Source of the DNA: Dicyema japonicum
Taxonomy: Eukaryota; Animalia; Dicyemida
Assembly (NCBI GenBank): GCA_011109175.1
Contig: RDEW01000072.1
Coordinates: 122,355 to 186,354, forward strand
Reading direction: 5' to 3'
DNA: 64,000 bases
The notes beneath the pieces were generated by a model. The model was given only the letters and a program-made list of their open reading frames with translations. It had not been told where the DNA came from and searched no databases. Of the stretch, positions 12,920-24,839 are shown piece after piece (position 1 is the first letter of the stretch; the number at the start of each line of letters is the position of its first letter). Position numbers and translations under genes: made by a program.

Positions 12920-13060
12920 CTGACTTGAATCTCGCTGCTATACATTCCGACTGAGCGTTAAAGAATCTACGATGCTTTTGATTGACGAGCGACCCATCAG
13001 TAAATACTTCACTGCGGAACCAAATCGTATGTGATCCACGGATCTCAGCTAACGCCCTGA
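12920..13060 (+). repeat. Body of a SINE-like family also at 41130-41362 (-) and 44700-44870 (+)
   Basis: Shared blocks GAATCTCGCT, GATGCTT..GATTGACGAG.GAC and CACTGCGGAACC. Confidence 0.55.
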
Positions 13061-13863
13061 TCCAAGATGACAAAGATCATTCACTCTTCTTCACTTTATC
13101 GTAGCGATTCCCACAACTAAAGGACTGGATGTTTTCTTTTTTGTTGGTTCTAGATAATCTCAGTGCATTCAGAGTTATTCAAAAATAAATTCTGCTTCAA
13201 GCCGACTTTGACAACAGTCGGAATAGATTCTAAGTTATTACGAGTCGTTCGGAGCAATAATGCACTTAGGCGCAGACCTTACGAGATCATTGTCCTCAAT
13301 TGTAGTTCACAAAAACCATCATATTGGGTTTCACCCATACAGTGTGTGGCCATCGATTTAATTAATTAAAATTAATTTCAGGGAGGAAAGGAGATCTCTT
13401 TGTTTCCCTTGGACGACAAGAACTCGACATTGACAACCTAACATAGGGCAATTTCCAAAAACAGTTAGTGTCAAAAAAAGAATCTCCTGAGGGACAAAGG
13501 TTTCTTTCAATCAACCTTAGATAAATCCTCAGTATTCTCTGCCCCCATACCAAAAAGACACAAAAAATAGAACCGAGGGCGAGATGGGCTATTTTGGTAA
13601 CTCCTGAACACCCTCAACTAATTTCACGTTTACTTCCAATAACTACTTTAACGAAAGTCACAACACATGTGCAACAAAATACACGATTTTGATGGCAGAA
13701 TCCTCTTGTGTGGTTTCTAGACATCTTCTTCAATTGTTGGCCAACCATTTAAGGGGTACGTCACACCCTCACCAAATTAACGTTTATCATAAAACTAAAT
13801 AAAATCATGTGTCGTGAAAAATTGGCCAACGTTAATCAAAAATTAAAACCACATAAACTAAAA

Positions 13864-14407
13864 TCAATTAGGTGCAGCAATCCCAATAATTCCACAAGCA
13901 ATCCTATCACCTGCGTTACCAGTGGTTGAACTCAACCGATGTCCCCCTTTATTAAGGTCATCACGGTCAGCGTGGAGCTTGAGAAGTGAAGGAAACCAAA
14001 ATTACCACTAAAGTCCGCCCAATCACAGAATAGGGACCAATCAGTTTCACTTGTTTATCAAAAAATTCAAATTCCACTTCCTTGTCTTCGTTGAACGTCA
14101 GATTCCCAAGATCTCCCACGTGTCTTAATAGACTAGATTCACTTACCTTATTTCATCAGAGATGTTCCCATGTTTTTTCTCGAATGGGTTGTAATGGGCT
14201 CCCGCAGAGATACACCCGTTGGTAACATCACCATACTCATGTATGTGGAATCCGTGTTCGCCTGATGGAGCTCCAGTAATTTTACCACTAATCTTTGTGT
14301 CCTCGGATTCGGACTAGAATTCATAAGGTTATTACATTTTGAGTGAAACTTACAATACCTCTAATGTTCAGTTCAGAATTTGAAATCACGCACACCGCAG
14401 ACGCCAT
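13864..14407 (-). CDS. SOD1: Cu/Zn superoxide dismutase, 156 aa, three micro-introns
   Basis: Introns 14314-14335 (22 nt), 14124-14146 (23 nt) and 13978-14005 (28 nt) leave 471 nt in frame: MASAVCVI...[30 protein letters not shown]...RHVGDLGN...[15 protein letters not shown]...[16 protein letters not shown]. All metal ligands, both Cys and the active-site Arg are intact. Confidence 0.97.
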
Positions 14408-14519
14408 AGCTTATTCAATATTTTTTAATTTTATTTTTTAAATGATTCATCTATTTTATTAATTTTTATTTTTTACTATTTGTATTAAAGTTGATATTTT
14501 TCTATAAATAAACTAACCA

Positions 14520-15010
14520 GAAGATTATGTTAGGGCTTGAATGAGACTATACAATGCCCTAGTGAGGCCAATCCAATTATATAATGCCGGTACATAGGCA
14601 TGTACAGGTCAGGAACTCGAAAAGTTGAATTCTTTTCACAGAAATCATCTCCGAACACTCCTATCTTCCCGAAGCTTTTTCAAAATGCCGTTCGAAATCT
14701 TATACAAGAGAACAGGAACTAAGCCAATATCATGTGATATTACTGATTCAAGATGAAGGCTCTTTGGACACATACTCCGCCACGATATGGGGACCTCTGC
14801 CAACATAGCAATGGAGGAGTATTTTGTCTTAGAAGCTTCTCGTTTCCGCGGCCGGCCGAGGACAACACTGCCGGCTATTCTAGATGAAGATCTCAAGAGG
14901 ATTGAAAAGTGCCTTGAAGATGGGGACGATCTAGATATGCTACGGAACATGGCAACGGATCGAAAAAGATGGGCAACGTTAATTAGATTGTTAACTTTTC
15001 GTGTTGCACA
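14520..15010 (+). mobile_element. RTE-like LINE 3' part
   Basis: Frames include GHILRHDMGTSANIAMEEYF..RGRPRTTLPAILDEDL; homologous to the other RTE copies. Confidence 0.75.
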
Positions 15011-15073
15011 TGCTTTGTCATGATTCTGCATCGCGTATGTGCCTATAATAATAAGATTATGTTAATGCAACGT

Positions 15074-15132
15074 GGCGTCATGTGGTCCACCTTTTATGTG
15101 GCGCCGAGTGCTTCTATGCACAAAAAAGGACC
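15074..15132 (+). ncRNA. Putative HDV-like (nested double pseudoknot) self-cleaving ribozyme at the LINE 5' end
   Basis: P1 GGCGTC(15074-79)/GGCGCC(15100-05); P2 GGTCC(15084-88)/GGACC(15128-32); P3 AC/GT around L3 CTTTTAT; possible P1.1 CTT/GAG; P4 TGC/GCA; then C15121-AAAAAA. The stem order equals HDV topology and pairings covary in four other copies. L3/P1.1 is not the canonical CC/GG. Confidence 0.55.
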
Positions 15133-16480
15133 TGCACTTTTCTCCCATCTGGAGTCATCTTCAGACACAACCCTGCTGCCTCAGCCTGGACAAAATACTT
15201 ATCATTACTAATTGCCGGCGACGTGGAGCAAACCCAGTGCCGCAACTAACGATTCTACAGCTCAACATCAATGGAATCAAATGAAAAATTCTCGAACTAC
15301 CAGCTTATCTAAATAAACAAAATGTGGATGTGGCAGCAAATCTAGAGACCAGATTGACGCCTACCTCAACTACTCTTTTCTTCCCTGGATACAACTGTAT
15401 CCGTTTGGACTGGTTGAACCGGAAAGGCGGAGGCCTCATGTTCAACATTAAAAATGGGTTACTGTATACTGACATCACAGATGGCCTAAAGTCTTTGACC
15501 CAAGATGATGTTACAGAAAAACAAGTATCTCGTTTCTTACTGTCATTGGAAAAGTCAACATTGCTAATATTTATGTTCCACCCCTTCTTCCTCCCGAAGA
15601 AACATAACCCAAAACTCTCGAAGTTGAACAACCTAAGGAACCTGATTATTTGTGGAGATTTAAATGCCAAAAACCCAACTTGGCTAAAATTACAACGGGC
15701 TGACTATCGAGGGTGGTCCCTACTTGAACAACTCTCGTCAATTTAGATCCTCAACAATCCGAAGACCCATACGAGGACGCCTAACAAGGATGATGAATGT
15801 TATACCTCTCCGGACCTTACATTTTGCAGTACTAACCTAACTTCAACCACTTCATGGTCTGTCGACTATGACATCAACTCCGATCACAACCCAATCATCA
15901 TCGGAATCAAGAAAACCTTTCCTTTCATGAAGAAAACTATATCATTCTTCAATTATAAGAACGCAAACTGAGAGATTATACAACTTTCACAGACATAATG
16001 CTACGAAACTTCGACACCAATTTATTCAAATCTATTTATGAAGCTGTGAAAAACCAGCTCTTCCTTTAGAGACCACAAAGCCAAAAAGGTTTTCTTCATT
16101 ATATTGCTTATCACATTCGGATATTTGGACTGAAATCAAAAATTCAAAATCTTCCCTCTCCTGATTTGATTCCGGCTATTCTGCTCAAACATCTTGGCCC
16201 AATTGGAATAGAAGCGCTCCGGAACATCTTTAACTTTTCAATAAACCATAACCACATTCCAGACATTTGGAAACAGTCCAACATACGCCTAATTCTCAAG
16301 CAGGGAAGGCCGAAGAGAGACCCCTCTTTGTACAGACCCATTTCACTATTATGCTCATCCTCGAAGCTCCTGGAAAAACTCATAATTTAACCTGCCCTTC
16401 CCCTTGCACATCTCCAACATGATTTCAGGAAAGACCGGTCTACATCAACACATCTTATCTCATTAAACCAGTTTATTTTT
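15074..16480 (+). mobile_element. 5' half of an I/Ingi-clade-like LINE: ribozyme-like fold, 2A-like peptide, APE endonuclease, start of RT (decayed)
   Basis: WTKYLSLLIAGDVE-(CA)-NPVP (15187-15242) runs into QLTILQLNINGIK, LETRL, KGGGL, IICGDLNAKNPTW, SPDLTF, SDHNPI, then GPIGIEALRNIFNFS..IPDIWK..YRPISLLCSSSKLLEKLI..QHDFRKDRST. Confidence 0.8.
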
Positions 16481-16529
16481 GAAGGCTTTTCTGCAAAATT
16501 ACATCTAAAATCTGTTTTATGCTTTTTTA

Positions 16530-17260
16530 GGAATTTGTTAAGGATGGAATTCTTAATGGACTAATAAGTACAAGAGACTAAAACGATTTTGGATATCATC
16601 AACAGATTTTTTTAATTATCCTATCTTAATTAAATCTGATACATTACTAGGAGATAGCAACAAATCAGGCTCATGCCCCCAAAGACACTGGGGATTATTA
16701 CAAACTATGCCAATTTCCAGGCGCTGTGAAATTCTACGTCTCATGTAAATCGCACTACCAATTTCATGAAAACTAGTATACTCAGTCTTCCAGTTACTCC
16801 AAAAAAATCGAAGACAATTGAGACGAAATACAACTCAAAAAGATTTGTGCATGCATATTTTAAAAATGTATTTTGCTTTCACGTACATGCTTAAATATAT
16901 CTTATATGATGTAACAACATTATTATTAGCAATCCAGATGCTCTAATTTAGACTCCGATAAGTAGGATATCCAGCATTGTCAGATTTGTCGTAATGTGCT
17001 CCAAATTCAAATCTGCCCTTTAAAAGCTTTTACTAGGTGGTGTTGTGTGTAGGTGGTTTACTAAGTTAACCCCATCACTAGAGCAATTCACCGTTCAAGG
17101 TGTCACCCGTAGATAGGAAGCTCCACGCCTATCTACAGTACATTGTATTAAAGCGGACCCTAGAGAACCTGACACTGGAGTATAGGAGGCAGAGCCCGGA
17201 GATGCCATATGGGCAGAAAGTTCAATTGGACAAAACGCTCTCGGAGTTGTTTCAGCAACC
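16530..17260 (+). mobile_element. Decayed C-terminal (Zn knuckle/REL endonuclease) part of a divergent R2/R4-like element
   Basis: KLCQFP..VSC, NPDALI and GGVVCRWFTK, then AYLQYIVLKRTLENLTLEYRR, which parallels TYIQSFVLKRTLESMLIEHKH of the 41.8-kb copy. Confidence 0.6.
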
Positions 17261-17667
17261 ATAATCGAACCTGCCTGAGGAGCTGGCAAGCAGGCAGGCA
17301 AGGAAGGTTGTTGATTATTAAATATTATCTTTTTATTGTTGGTTAAATAAAGTGGGGTTATTAATAGCTACTTTTCTCTTGTGAGTATTTTACCATATTT
17401 TCGGGATAAATTACGACCAGATTTCATTTTGCATTAATAATGGTAGATTTGAATAAATAGAAAATTTAGAGTCAGAAAGAATGTCGTAAAACAGTAAACA
17501 AAGTTGATTGAGTTCCTCATAGGGAATTGCTCAACTTATGGAAAGAGACAATAAATATAAATAAACATAAATTTAATTTGTTTCAAAATTATTATTATTA
17601 AAAATCAATTCATCAATATAACAAGTGACCTAAATTATACACATCGACGTGTTCATTTTACATATTT

Positions 17668-18699
17668 ATGTTATTGTTAATATTTTTGTCCTCAGTAACG
17701 AATATCAAATTCAGACATCAAATGTCATTATCTGGAAATTGTGTAATTACAAGTACTCTTAAAAATGTATTTTAAAAATAATAATAATAGACAAAAAATT
17801 ATTCATTTAACATTGATTCTGTCATAAATTTTTATGATGAAAGGCGACCTAAAATTAAAAGAAATAACGTGATCTTCCAATTTTTTTTTGGATTCTCAGA
17901 AAAATTCTACAACATCTCAATAAAAATAGAATTAAATTCTAGTAATTAATATTTAACACTCAAAGATAATGAAACCTATACGAATACAATAAATCTTCCA
18001 AATATAAAATATGGAGAATATTACAGATGCGGGTATATCTCCGTGAATTTTGAAAATCATTATTCTCTCACAATATATTCTTGGATGATAGAATATTTCA
18101 CTACAAGATCAAATTCATTTTTTATTGGAAAAGGTTAGAAAATAATTTAATTCAGCACATGACTGTGATCCATCTAACGATCCAAATGTTCGATATTGGT
18201 ATTTTATTTTCGAAAATCGACTAAAAGCTGTATTAAGTGGGCATTTTAAAATCATATTTCTTTATAATCAGACTAGTGAAGAAGTAAATTGGATATTTTA
18301 ACATTAGATTGATTATTACATATCTTCAGACCAATTTATGAATACGAAGATTCAATTTGAAAAAAATAGTGTTGAGTTATCTCTTAGAGGGAAACGTTTT
18401 GAACTATTTTTTACATTTATTTTGTCTCAAAACAAATATTATATCTCTGAAGTTGGGTTAATTTTGGATAAAATGTATATTGGGTCTTGGTGTCTTCATA
18501 AGATCAAATTGGTTGATGTTAGAAATTCCTGTAACTTCGAATTTTTTACCGCTAAATTTACTGATGACATACATGCTGAATTTTCGTTATTAAAGGCACA
18601 AATTCTTCGCGATGATTTGAAATTCCGTTATATTGGGAGCGGTTTGATTATTCCTTAATTTTAGAGTCAAGGTGTTTTTATACTGAAACCAATCCATAA
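17668..18699 (+). CDS. Secreted/membrane protein with two LAMP-like luminal domains; 3' end uncertain
   Basis: Introns 17767-17790 (24 nt), 17942-17965 (24), 18134-18155 (22), 18284-18307 (24) and 18642-18664 (23) give one frame from a hydrophobic leader MLLLIFLSSVT. Cys-anchored blocks GEYYRCG...FFIGKAHDCD and IGSWCL...YIGSESRC resemble the LAMP GxSYxC...FGxxxxC pattern. The family call is by eye. Confidence 0.6.
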
Positions 18700-18976
18700 A
18701 AATTCAATAAAACGTTTATTTAGCATCTTTGTGGTAATAATCGTCTTAATTTATTGAAGTCTTGATAACTCCCGATAATACAACCGCCACAACTTTCATT
18801 TTTGTCAGAATCCTCTTGTATGTTTTCTAGACGTCTTCCACATTGTTAGCCGATAATTAAGGGGTACTTCACACACTCAACGTTATCAAACTAAATCAAA
18901 CTAATAAAACTAAATAAACTCATTTGTCATGACAAATTGGACAATGTTAATAAAAAATTAAAACCAGTTAAAAAAG

Positions 18977-19293
18977 TCAATTCAGAGCCTCAATCCCGAT
19001 AATCCAACATGCAATCCTATGTCCTGCGTTAACTGTGGTTGAACTCAACTTATGTCATCACGGTCAGCGTGGAGATTGAGAAGTGTAGGAAACCAAAATT
19101 ACCACTAAAGTTAGCCCAATCACAGAATAAGGTCCAATCAGTTTCACTTGGCTGTCCACGAATTCAAATTCCGCGACCTTGTCTTCTGATTAAGCCAGAT
19201 TCCCAAGATCTCCCATATGTCTAAATAAACTAGATTCTCCTAACTTATTTCATTAGAGATGTTCCCATAGATTTTTCCGAAGGGGTTGAAATG
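18977..19293 (-). pseudogene. Partial SOD1 duplicate, inactivated
   Basis: Colinear with SOD1 from HFNPF to the end, plus ~200 bp of shared 3' flank. It has His->Tyr in KKHG, intron-2 donor GT->TT, intron-3 acceptor AG->AT, an in-frame TAA, a deletion after DRDD, and no 5' exon. Confidence 0.9.
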
Positions 19294-19329
19294 TGGTTTT
19301 GTCCTTGGTCAAAATGTACCGCTCTATAT

Positions 19330-20040
19330 TTGGGATTTTTTTAGAAAAAGCTACTCTGATGTCCTTTCTTTCGCAGATAAGTAAACTGAATCAACCCAAT
19401 ATATTTTTGGAAAACATAACAATATGGAAACATATTTTCCAATAATTTCTGGAATTGTAGTTTGATAATATTAGATTCGTTTTTATATTTAATTTTAAGT
19501 TTTTTGTCATTTTTAAGTTTAATCAGTTTTTGTAGAAAAATCCGGTTATGTAGATTTTTAATTTAAAAATGAAAATTCCATTCAAATTACAGTTATCGTC
19601 AAAATATCTTTAAATTGTATTACTTGTGGCTCGCATATTCCGATAAAAAAGAGTGATAATCAAACACAACTGATTTATCAAGTTGTAATGAAAATTTAGT
19701 TTATCTGAAGAAATGTTCGAAATCTCCAGACATCTCGTCAGTTCTTCGTATTATGTTGTTAATGAATAGAATATTTTTTCCTGTTCATAATTTCTGCAAC
19801 TTTATATGAATACACTTGCCCTGAATAGTTTGAGGATTTTGTAATAAAGTAAGTTTTATCCTTTATTTCATAGTTTTGCTTTAGCTGTCTAAAACTCAAA
19901 ATCTTTTCCTATTGATTGAGTATGCTTGCGTTTTGTGTGTTCTAATAAGGATGTGGCTTCATCGCTTCGTTAGAAAAATTTGCATCACATTGCAAACACA
20001 AGGGTTAAGTGGATCCTTTGGATATTAAATAACACCATAA
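19330..20040 (-). mobile_element. Second hAT-Buster transposase remnant (N-terminal part)
   Basis: LQCDANFSNEAMKP, DEMSGDFEHF..FSLQLDKS and RYFDDN parallel the 8048-10336 element. Confidence 0.6.
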
Positions 20041-20189
20041 GATAAATTGTTCTCTATATTCTCTTATTTTAACAAGTCATCAAAAAGTTGCGCGCTTTGT
20101 ATTTAAATTATTTAAAATAAATTTATTTGTAAATATATCATATTTAAAAAATCACTAATAAAAAAAGCATTAATTCAATTCAAATCTCG

Positions 20190-20482
20190 TTTCTAATAAT
20201 CATTTGTCTATCCTATGGTGGAGACTGTTTGAGCACGTGCTCAGAATTGACATAAACATCCCTGCAAATATAATAATGGACAATTACTTTAACAATGAGA
20301 ATAAACCATCATTCAGAGGAAGACCCAGAGTCATTCTACCCGTGGCTCTGAACAAGGATCTTAATGGGATTAGAAGAAATTTTAAATCTACAGAAGACCT
20401 AGAAGATATAAGGACAGATGCGCAAAGCAGAGGGCGACGGAGACGCCTAGTGAACGTGTGGCACAAACGAGACCTTAGTTAA
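20190..20482 (+). mobile_element. RTE-like LINE 3' end
   Basis: WRLFEHVLRIDINIPANIIMDNYF..FRGRPRVILPVALNKDL. Confidence 0.75.
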
Positions 20483-20529
20483 TATAACGTTCTTTAGTTC
20501 CGTGAAAGTGCTTTTTAAATAATAATAAT

Positions 20530-21410
20530 TTGTCTATCTTCTACGGTTACATGCAATCGATCTCAGCTCGTCCAGGTCGTCTCCTGTCTTGAGGCATTTC
20601 CTTACTCTTTGGAGGTCTTTACGCAGTATGATAGGGAGTGTTATCCTTGGTTCGCCATGGAAGCATTTCCATTCTAACATGAACTGATTCTCCGTCGCCA
20701 TATTCGCTGGGGCAGCGAGATCCATACGCAGGATGTGTTCAAACAGTCCACACCAGACGTCAGTGATGTCCATGCTTAGAAGCCTACTCTTGCATTTTTT
20801 TATAAATTCCAGCATTTGAAATCCTGGCAGGCGACTGCATGCCAAATGACACTCTAAGCTGTTTTCTGTGTACCGCATAGAGAGCCATCGATTCCGCAGT
20901 CGAACAGGCTTAAGTACCAGCATTATTTGTTAGTATTGGTTTCACAAATACAATAAACATGCGCATCAGTAGATTAACATTAATTCCTTTCAGCCATCTC
21001 CTTTTTGACTTTTTGCATTGCTACACTTGCAAGTGTTTTCTTTTTATGATGTCTTTTGTATCTCCAGTATGGATCCAAAATTGTTAACGTGTCGCCAATG
21101 TTCGTCAACGATGTTGTCCATTTTTTAATTTCGGCTTTGTCCTGGTTTAAGATAGGAACTATTCACCGATTTGTCCGGTGCATTTTCATAGATGTGAGAG
21201 AGTTCTGTATCCTCGATATGAAATCCACATCATCCGAGTACACGACTTCTCCATTTTTCTTTCTTAGATCCCTTAGTGCGGCTTCGATATATTTCACAAA
21301 TAGTAATGCAGGAAGAGAATCTCTAAAGAGTGCCGATTGTAGTTTCGAAAGGCCTGGATATAGTTCTTTCAATACTGACTGACAGTTCATACTAGAGAGC
21401 AGTACTCGGA
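20530..21410 (-). mobile_element. RTE-like LINE RT/3' part, tail-to-tail with the previous copy
   Basis: ELYPGLSKLQSALFRDSLPALLFVKYIE..VVYSDDVDFI; FEHILRMDLAAPANMA..GEPRITLPIILRKDL. Confidence 0.8.
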
Positions 21411-22049
21411 TAATTGCTCCAAAAATTGTTGTAGGACATCCATTAGCTTATGTCTGCTAATAGTGTCTAAAGCTCTTGACATGGGTAAGGCGGGGATGCA
21501 TTTCACTAACTAACTAATATTTAGCTTAGCAAGGAAATCAAAAAAAATGTTCAGAGATGTTTTTTTGGTTAGTCCTACTATAATGCTCTGACTCTTTGTC
21601 AGTATCCTCCATATTATTCTGGAGCTTCGAAATTTTAGTCAAAGAATAATTTTTTATTCCAAAAGGATTACTATCTTCTCAACGACCGCATGTATGGGCT
21701 AACAAAACTGTCATCTTCTTCATTAAGGAACTCACCCACCTCAGGACCTAGATTTGTCAAAAATATACACTTCATTATCTCAATCATTTATTTTTTTATA
21801 TTGATTATTAAATTATTTTTTATTTTTAAATTAAACTGTTTAAAAAAATAAGAACATGTTGGTGAGAAATGGGATAACAAAAATCATGTACCCAAAAACA
21901 GTAAGTAATTCTCGTTTTATGAGATAGACTTGTATGAAACGGAGCATGAATATATTTTTATGGGATTAAATTAGGGACTCAAACAGGTTCTCGGCTTAGA
22001 AGTCGAAAATTCACTTTAACAAAGTGAAGTATAAATGACATGTATGTTA

Positions 22050-22690
22050 TCAAAACACTCTTCAGGACTACTGATCAATTATTTATCCACGGTCCCTCCG
22101 ATTGAAGGAAATCGGTGGTTAACAAGAGCGTAACAGTCAAGAGATTCGTCAGTTGTATTTTGTACTCCGCAGAACTCAGAGGCTGGAGAGACATAAGAAG
22201 ATATGGTCCGTATTCCATTATAAAGAAGTCATGATTAGCAAAGTGGAGATGACGATTGTCCATTCTGTTCAGATAGGAACGTAAATCCTCACTTGGTAGT
22301 ATGAGTTCATGATGACCACAACAGAGGCGGCCCAAGTGGACGACATGAAATATGTTAAATCGTCGGTTTTTAAAGATAATAACAACACTGTGATGCCATC
22401 TGTCTAGATAGACTCTCTCTCAAACCTTACAATGACTGAAACTAACCGAGGATCTCCTAAGGAAAAGTCTGAGACACTAAAGAAGAAATACGAAAGTCTC
22501 GGTGGACAGTCCATCTTTAAACCAGAAACAGGACTAATATAAAGCAGATCACTAATTCTGTTTAACCGTATCGGATCGCTTATCACAAGGAGGAAAAGAG
22601 AAAGGAGGTGGCTCATTGAGCGCATTTCCTTGCAATCGTCAGGGGAAATGCGTTCTTGATTTGAGAGCAGCCTGTCGTTGTTAACTGTTA
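22050..22690 (+). mobile_element. CRE-like retroelement C-terminal remnant
   Basis: CPFC..PHL knuckle, KKKYESLGG..FKPE, LFNRIGSLITRRKRERRWLIERIS/AIVRGNA. Confidence 0.6.
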
Positions 22691-23646
22691 GTTTTTAAAT
22701 TTGTCAATTAATTAACATAAGAATACTTGTTTTCAGATTATTTTAATTTAAAATATTTCAAAGTTTTTACAAATTTAAAATGATACTTATAATTCCTCTT
22801 GAAACACTTTAATTAAACTACAACAAAATAAAGGATGGTTAACCTCTTTGCGCTTCCAATATCTTGTAGAAGGTGACACCCTAATTCTTAAACGCAACAT
22901 TATTCATGTTCACATTGTCGAATCAATAATAATAAGCATACTTAAGATCAATGGAACTATCCATTAATAGACATAAATACTATTCTAACTAGTAAATATA
23001 AAACAAGCTGATGGCTAAGTCAACTGTTCTGATGATGGCTAGTGATATAAATGTCTTCCTCCGTCTCACGGTTTTTGAATATCATAGATAACGTGGCCAA
23101 CTTGTCTATTCAATAAATTTTTTGAATGAAGACTATTGTAAAAAAGGTCTCTCCAGTTGCAGTCTGCATAAGCAAGTTATAGCACCAGATACGATATAAT
23201 ACACATGCTTTGTTTTTACCTCTTTGCAGATCTCGAAAATAAACTCAATTATACGAAAAAAATTGCATCCTTCTTTTTTCAGAGTCCATCACTCGTCACT
23301 TACTTTTAGGGAATCTTCAAAAAAAATTTCAGTGGTTTCTTGTGTTTCTTAACCATGAAATCCATTTAAAATGAATTGCTTTTATTGAGGAATGCTGACC
23401 GCCAAAAACTCCCTGATTGAGTTTGTCCGCAGACACTTACGGAGGTAAGGAAAATCAAGAAGGTCTAGAAATTGTAATAAGCCAGATTATCCCAATTAGC
23501 TTTTTTAACAACCTTCTCGGTAATCTCGGTGGTTTTGTGGAGCGAATCTGAGGATTATCATCACATAATCCTTGAATTATATTACTTTAACCACAAATAA
23601 GCAAAAACAATTAAATTCATAACAAAATTCAATTTATTCAAAAAAG

Positions 23647-24697
23647 CTATTTCGACATATATTTCATAGCTGTTTCGAAAACGGTGAGAGTGATGGCAGC
23701 ATTGGGGACCTGTCTAACAAAATGTGTACCCAGCCCACGGTATAAGGTCAGGACCCCCTCTTCAGACAGAATCCCGGGCAAAGCCTTTCTGAGAGTCTTA
23801 TACTTCGGATTCTCCTCCCGTACACGTGTCCGCAGCACCTCTGCGAATGAACCACCAACAATACCATGTGGATAAGCCACCAAACAAGCAATAGCCTTGG
23901 CACTGGCAGAAAGGAGGGTTCTCTTAAAACCTGAAGCCTCTTCCTTATTTGGAATAAATTTCTCACACAAATGCTCGTAGAGGGAAAAGAATATGACAGT
24001 TTCCGTGATCCCCAAATACGTGGCCGACAGCCCACGGTAGAAAGCCTTCATTCCTTCTTTATAGTAAATCTTTCTGAAAGAGGCGACTATGGTCTGAGTA
24101 GAATTCGACAATCTGTCCAGCTGAAAGCGGGTTTTTAGGACCCAAACAGGATTCATTATGGAGGAGGTGGTGAACCCGCCAAAAGCGGCCGAAGCAACAA
24201 CGTGTGGTAGCCGAAGTTTGTTGTCATTGTTGAACTCGGCGAACTCTTTTCTGGCCCACGTGTAAGAAAAGAAATAAATTGACCTAAAATTTAATTTAAA
24301 AAATAAAATATTTTTTAAGGTGGCGAACCTACTGGGGACTATTCCTAGTAAAGAGGCATTCAAGCCTTTGAAAAGACCGCGGAATCCTTCGTTGTGTTTG
24401 ATTTGTCTAAATAAATAAAATCCACGTGATAAACCGCAGAGAAAAGAAAATATTAGTAAATATATTGTTTCTGACTAAACTTTTATTATTAACAGCACAA
24501 ACACTAAAATATTAAACAAAACAGACTTTCCTCGTATCGAATAGTGTAGAGAGGATTGAAGGCGAGTTTTAAGTACGTCGAGTGGAAACGTTATGACAGT
24601 TCCGATTGTTCCTGCCAGCCTAATTGGGATTTAAACTCATCCAATACGCTCCAGAGGAGAGACTGATAATTCCAGAGTAATTGTTTGAGTCAGACAT
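23647..24697 (-). CDS. SLC25A36: Mitochondrial pyrimidine-nucleotide carrier (SLC25A33/36, Rim2 family), 300 aa, five introns
   Basis: Introns of 28, 23, 28, 45 and 24 nt leave 903 nt in frame. Three carrier signatures (FPLDVLKTRLQ, NPVWVLKTRFQL, YPHEVLRTRVRE) plus EGFRGLFKGL..GIVPSRSIYF and YRGL..HFVRQVPNAAI. The W in the second signature is typical of Rim2/SLC25A33/36. Confidence 0.92.
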
Positions 24698-24839
24698 TAC
24701 CGCGTGTTCAACTAGAACTCATGAAACATTTTATTCGATTATTCATAATTTTAATATTTTTTTAATTTATAATTTTACTATATTTAATGAACTTGTGTTT
24801 AAAAAATGTTAAAAGTTAGAAAGATTGAATGAGCATGCA

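Noticed and set aside
16930-17301. Minus-strand GAHYD motif and GC-rich 68-aa ORF as a peptidase or viral relic
   Set aside because: The plus strand matches the R2/R4-like REL C-terminus (YIVLKRTLE), which explains the composition.
23684-24035. Plus-strand ORFs 23684-23875 and 23748-24035
   Set aside because: Antisense shadows of the GC-richer SLC25A36 exon; no motifs.
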